DNA of 64,000 nt from Octopus bimaculoides. Taxonomy: Eukaryota. A program made the position numbers and the translations under genes. The notes under the pieces were generated by a model. It was not told the DNA's origin and ran no database searches. It saw only the letters and a list, made by a program, of their open reading frames with translations. Shown one piece after another: positions 55,061 to 60,668 of this stretch. How positions within the stretch are numbered: the first letter of the stretch is position 1; every line of letters starts with the position of its first letter. The stretch is from NCBI RefSeq assembly GCF_001194135.2, contig NC_068990.1, forward strand, positions 88,551,180 to 88,615,179. Reading direction: 5' to 3'.

Positions 55061-58000
55061 TATATACCTCAGTTGAAGGGAATACTGTAGCTCATAGTCA
55101 ACAGCTTGTTAGAACACTCAAGGGCAAAAATAATAGATCAATAAAATTCATTATTCAATATATCACATTCACTTCATTGTATATCAAAATTGATGGAGTA
55201 GTTTTGTTAAGATGACAAATGCTCCAAATTGAATAGCTATGTAGATTGCCCAGTATGTGATGAATAAACTTTGGGAATAGTGAAAAATGAAGATATACAC
55301 TCAAGTACAATGCATATTTGTGAAGCAGAAAAATCCAAACAATAAGTGTAATCACATGATGAAATAATGATATAATACACTTCATCTTCAGGTATGACAA
55401 CACTTAGATCAAACCAAATTCCACATTGAATATTGATGCTTTGAAAACTCGTTGCCACTTTTATATACTTGTATTGGATATATAATATAATAAAGTAGTG
55501 GGGAAGAATGTATATACATGATGCACTCCTATTACTATTACATGAGCTTCAATGCTCTATATCAAAGGCTCATAGTGAAGTGTTACCAACACAAACTGCC
55601 AATTGCTTGCCATTTTTCAATTTATAACAATGAGTGACTCCACCTTTAGTCACTTGGGGGTTGGTAGGAATTCTTCCACAACACATGTGTGTGAGCAAAT
55701 TTCTTCAGTTTGATACTCACAATATGTTTTATTGTAACAGTTTCTTAATTTCCTCATTCTCACCCTCCTCCTAACATGCACACACCATTGATGTCAATTT
55801 TTGTTTTTTGTTTTCAATTCCAGCTTACAACAAAATAGACTGTGGACCACCAAGAGACATTGCTGGTGCATCAAAGTCCTACAATTCCACCAAATATAGA
55901 TCTGAAGTGACCTACACATGTCCACGGGAAGAAAAACTAGTGTCGAAATGTGAAAAGGACAAAAAATGGACTGTGGTAGATTCTGGTTGTGAAGGTAAAG
56001 CAAATAGATTTTCTCTTGTTGATTCTGTCTGTGTAATTTTGATTTATCTTTGTGCTAAATGTCTTTTTGTCAGAATAGGAGTGGCTAAGTCTATGGCAAT
56101 TATGGATGGTGGGAGGGGCTGAAATTCATTGCATACTTTCAGTACAATATGGGGACAATGCTCTACCATACTGAAGTGGGTGTCAGTGGATTTAGATGTT
56201 TAAAAATGGCCAAACATGCATGTAGCATGAAGTGGGCACAGGATACCTATCAACCTCTTCCACTGACAAGAAGATTCAGAAAGCTCAAGAAATGGTCCTG
56301 GTGAATTGATGAGTGACCATCGATGGGGTGGCATAAAATCAGAAAATTAGTTATCATTCTGCATATGAAATTATTGGGGTCCATGCAACAAATAATAAAT
56401 TTGGGACTCATGATAGTATTGTAAGAGTTCTTGAAAAAATTTTGCTTCCAATATTTGTATTGGTACATATTACATGAAATAGCTCTGTTTGTTTCTCTAA
56501 CATTTTACATAGTTCAACCTACACAAGTTAATAATGTGTGTAAAACAAAATTGGAATTTTAAAAGTTTTCTATAAAACTAGTTATTAATCATTGAATGGC
56601 TATGGAGCGCCACTAGAATAAAATGATAATCAAAGGGGTTATAGATAAAAAATGGTTGAGAACCCCTGATTTAGATAGAAAGTATAAATCGATCAAGTCT
56701 CTTAAAGATGTTTCTAGAATAGCCAAGCATGTGGATCATGATATTGAGTAAGAATTCCATAAAAGGCATAGGTAGAAACTCTATAAGTGTATGTGGCAGA
56801 TGTTCAGGAGCAATAAACATGGAAAATGGGGGGGTATAGTTTAGGACAATCAGTAAGTTGTCATAATAGGGCTCACAGTTTCAAATGCTGGAGCTAAGAG
56901 CTACGTTGCATTTTTATTGGCTATTATGACAATAAACGCTATAAAAAACATCATTGAATACAAGGGAAGTTACTTTAATAGGTAGGGAAAAATCTAAATG
57001 ATAAAAAATACATGCAACCATATTCTTACAATACACTGACATTAAAACCTCCTCTGTGTGTGTGTATGGATATGTGTATGAATGTGTAAATGCACATATA
57101 CGTTTGTGCGTGTATGGGCATGTACATATACATATTTGTGTGAGTGTGTACGTATGTAGACGTTATGAACACAGGAGGTTTTCATGTCTAGCAAAGATAA
57201 TAGCTCTCTAGACTTTCTGTATCTGCTTTTTAATCAAGCAACTATGCATTCAGAATATCCTCCTCTGCTGCTGATTAGGTCACCCATGTAACAGACACTG
57301 TCTACAACCTCCAGGGGGATTCCTGGAAAATCCAATTCCTGTGTGTCCTTAATTTTTACTGTTCCTGCACATCTGCCACATACAAAGACTACTTTCTCTG
57401 TTAACCTTACAGTAATTCCACTGCACCTCTCATATGTCCTTATGTTACACTGAGTACATCATATGGAATTCCTACCAACACTTTTCCTACTTACTTAACA
57501 GGGCACACACATAATATACATTCACCATTGATATCAGTTTCTGTTTTCAATTTCAGCTTTTGAAGACATTGACTGTGGAAATCCAAAAGACATTGCTGGT
57601 GCAGAAAAGTCCTATGAAACCACCACCTATAAATCTGAAGTGACCTATACTTGCCCAGAGGGAGAAAAACTAAAGTCAATATGTGAAAAGGACAACAAAT
57701 GGTCTCCAATTGTGGAAACCTGTAATGGTAACATAAGCAGCTTCTTNNNNNNNNNNNNNNNNNNNNNNNNNNNNNNNNNNNNNNNNNNNNNNNNNNNNNN
57801 NNNNNNNNNNNNNNNNNNNNNNNNNNNNNNNNNNNNNNNNNNNNNNNNNNNNNNNNNNNNNNNNNNNNNNNNNNNNNNNNNNNNNNNNNNNNNNNNNNNN
57901 NNNNNNNNNNNNNNNNNNNNNNNNNNNNNNNNNNNNNNNNNNNNNNNNNNNNNNNNNNNNNNNNNNNNNNNNNNNNNNNNNNNNNNNNNNNNNNNNNNNN

Positions 58001-60630
58001 NNNNNNNNNNNNNNNNNNNNNNNNNNNNNNNNNNNNNNNNNNNNNNNNNNNNNNNNNNNNNNNNNNNNNNNNNNNNNNNNNNNNNNNNNNNNNNNNNNNN
58101 NNNNNNNNNNNNNNNNNNNNNNNNNNNNNNNNNNNNNNNNNNNNNNNNNNNNNNNNNNNNNNNNNNNNNNNNNNNNNNNNNNNNNNNNNNNNNNNNNNNN
58201 NNNNNNNNNNNNNNNNNNNNNNNNNNNNNNNNNNNNNNNNNNNNNNNNNNNNNNNNNNNNNNNNNNNNNNNNNNNNNNNNNNNNNNNNNNNNNNNNNNNN
58301 NNNNNNNNNNNNNNNNNNNNNNNNNNNNNNNNNNNNNNNNNNNNNNNNNNNNNNNNNNNNNNNNNNNNNNNNNNNNNNNNNNNNNNNNNNNNNNNNNNNN
58401 NNNNNNNNNNNNNNNNNNNNNNNNNNNNNNNNNNNNNNNNNNNNNNNNNNNNNNNNNNNNNNNNNNNNNNNNNNNNNNNNNNNNNNNNNNNNNNNNNNNN
58501 NNNNNNNNNNNNNNNNNNNNNNNNNNNNNNNNNNNNNNNNNNNNNNNNNNNNNNNNNNNNNNNNNNNNNNNNNNNNNNNNNNNNNNNNNNNNNNNNTATT
58601 CATCCCCACAAAATTGAAAGGTAAATTTGACCTTGGTTTAATCTGAACTGATGGCCAAATGAGCCTGATTACTTATTGTAAAGCATTTCTTGTAATACTC
58701 TAATTAGTACACATCATCATCATCATCATTTAGTTTTCTATGCTGGCATGGGTTGGACAGTTTGATAGTGTCCAATGAACTGTCGAGCTGCATTAAACCC
58801 AGTGTCATCTTTGACATAGTTTCCATCACTGGATTCCTTTCCTAACACTAACCACTTTACAGTATGTACTGGATCCCTTTCCTTGGTACTAGTGAGGTCA
58901 CCAGTAACTTGCAAGACAAAATAAAGAAAGGGAAACAAAAAGACCCCTCAGCTGAGTGGGAGTGTATTTGAGAGAGTGGGAGGTATATTTGTACCATGTA
59001 TTGAAGACAAAGGTATGATAGAGCAACAAGCATAGGTGTCTTACTATAGAGGAGATACACAGCTACTCTATATTATGTGATGATGGGTAAGAGTAACTGG
59101 AAGATAGATAAAGTTGGTGGTGGAAGAGTACTAGATCTTGCTCTCAAGGTAAAAGACGATGAATATAAGGGAGAATGTAGATTGTAGATGGAGAAGGAAG
59201 AAAAGGATGGGTAATTTCATAAGGATGTTGGAAGAGATTGGGCTAGAATTGGTTGTCTTGAGTGAAGAAAGAAAATGAAGATTTGAATGCTGGTAAGTAT
59301 CGATATGAAGAGATGGAAGTGACCGAGGAAGGAGGAGGTGACAAATTAGAGTAGCAATGTCATATATTTGTTAGTAGATGAGAAATTAGGGAGGTGATAT
59401 GTCGGGTTTTATAGTGGAGGGAGGTTAGAGTATGATGAAATGTGGAAGTTATGGGTGTTGATCAATTCCTACCTCAAAGTTTTGGCTTAATTTCTATGAT
59501 GGAATATCATTTATTTTGTTGTAAGTGTTATTGTTTATTGGTTTCAATTTTGTTTTAATTCTAGATCCTCAGATCCATTTTGTGAAAGTAAAAGGTGCAG
59601 CTCTTACTGTAGCTGGCAAAATATTTTGGAATAAGGAAAATGTAACAGCAAAAGCCTGTGCAGAAAAGTGTTTGTCTGTCCCAAATTGTTTATCATTTGA
59701 AATAAATAATGAAAATGGAAAATGTTTCTTATCAAAGCAAGCTGCAAGTTCCTCCGAGAAAATAAAGAAAGTCAAAAGCAAAGATTACTACCAACGAGTA
59801 AAATGTAATTATTCTTAGTATTTTATTATTGAAATTATCCTCTCCTCANNNNNNNNNNAAGTGTTTGTCTGTCCCAAATTGTTTATCATTTGAAATAAAT
59901 AATGAAAATGGAAAATGTTTCTTATCAAAGCAAGCTGCAAGTTCCTCCGAGAAAATAAAGAAAGTCAAAAGCAAAGATTACTACCAACGAGTAAAATGTA
60001 ATTATTCTTAGTATTTTATTATTGAAATTATCCTCTCCTCATCTTCTGAAATTTGTGATTGCATTTGAATTTCTTGGAATAATTATGGACAACTATTTCT
60101 GTAAAGACATTGATAGGTTCATCTACATATAACACTAAACATAGACATGTTCCTGTAAAACAAAAACAATATTAAGAACTATAAATACTCTTAAAACATT
60201 GTCATACAGCATTTGTTCACCTTGAACATTTCTATGGATGTTTTCAGTTGTATTTTGTGTGTGTGTGTGTATGTGTGTGTGTTTGTATGAGTGGAGGTGT
60301 ATAAAATAAATTTCTCGTTTTCTATTTTGTTTCAGTTGATGAAGGGCCTGTTATGATGAAGAAGGTTGGCATACCAAAGAAGGCTACTTTAGGACAGCTT
60401 AAGGATAAGACCTTAAAGGAGTGTAATAAGGCTTGTGAACAATATACAGGATGTAACTCTTATCAGTACAATGCTGAATCTAAGTTGTGTGATCTGAGTA
60501 ATGTGACTCAGTTAACTGATGAACTTAAACCCAACGATGGAGAATGGGATATATACTTAACAAACCCAGGTCAGTAGAGTGCTTCTATTTCATTTGTTGT
60601 GTGCATGCCTTTGTGTATTTACATATATAA

Positions 60631-60668
<38 letters not shown>

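Noticed and set aside
59859-59997. Apparent extra partial PAN-A exon (ORF 59829-60011)
   Set aside because: Exact copy of 59666-59848 across a 10-N gap, with no acceptor; contig-overlap artefact
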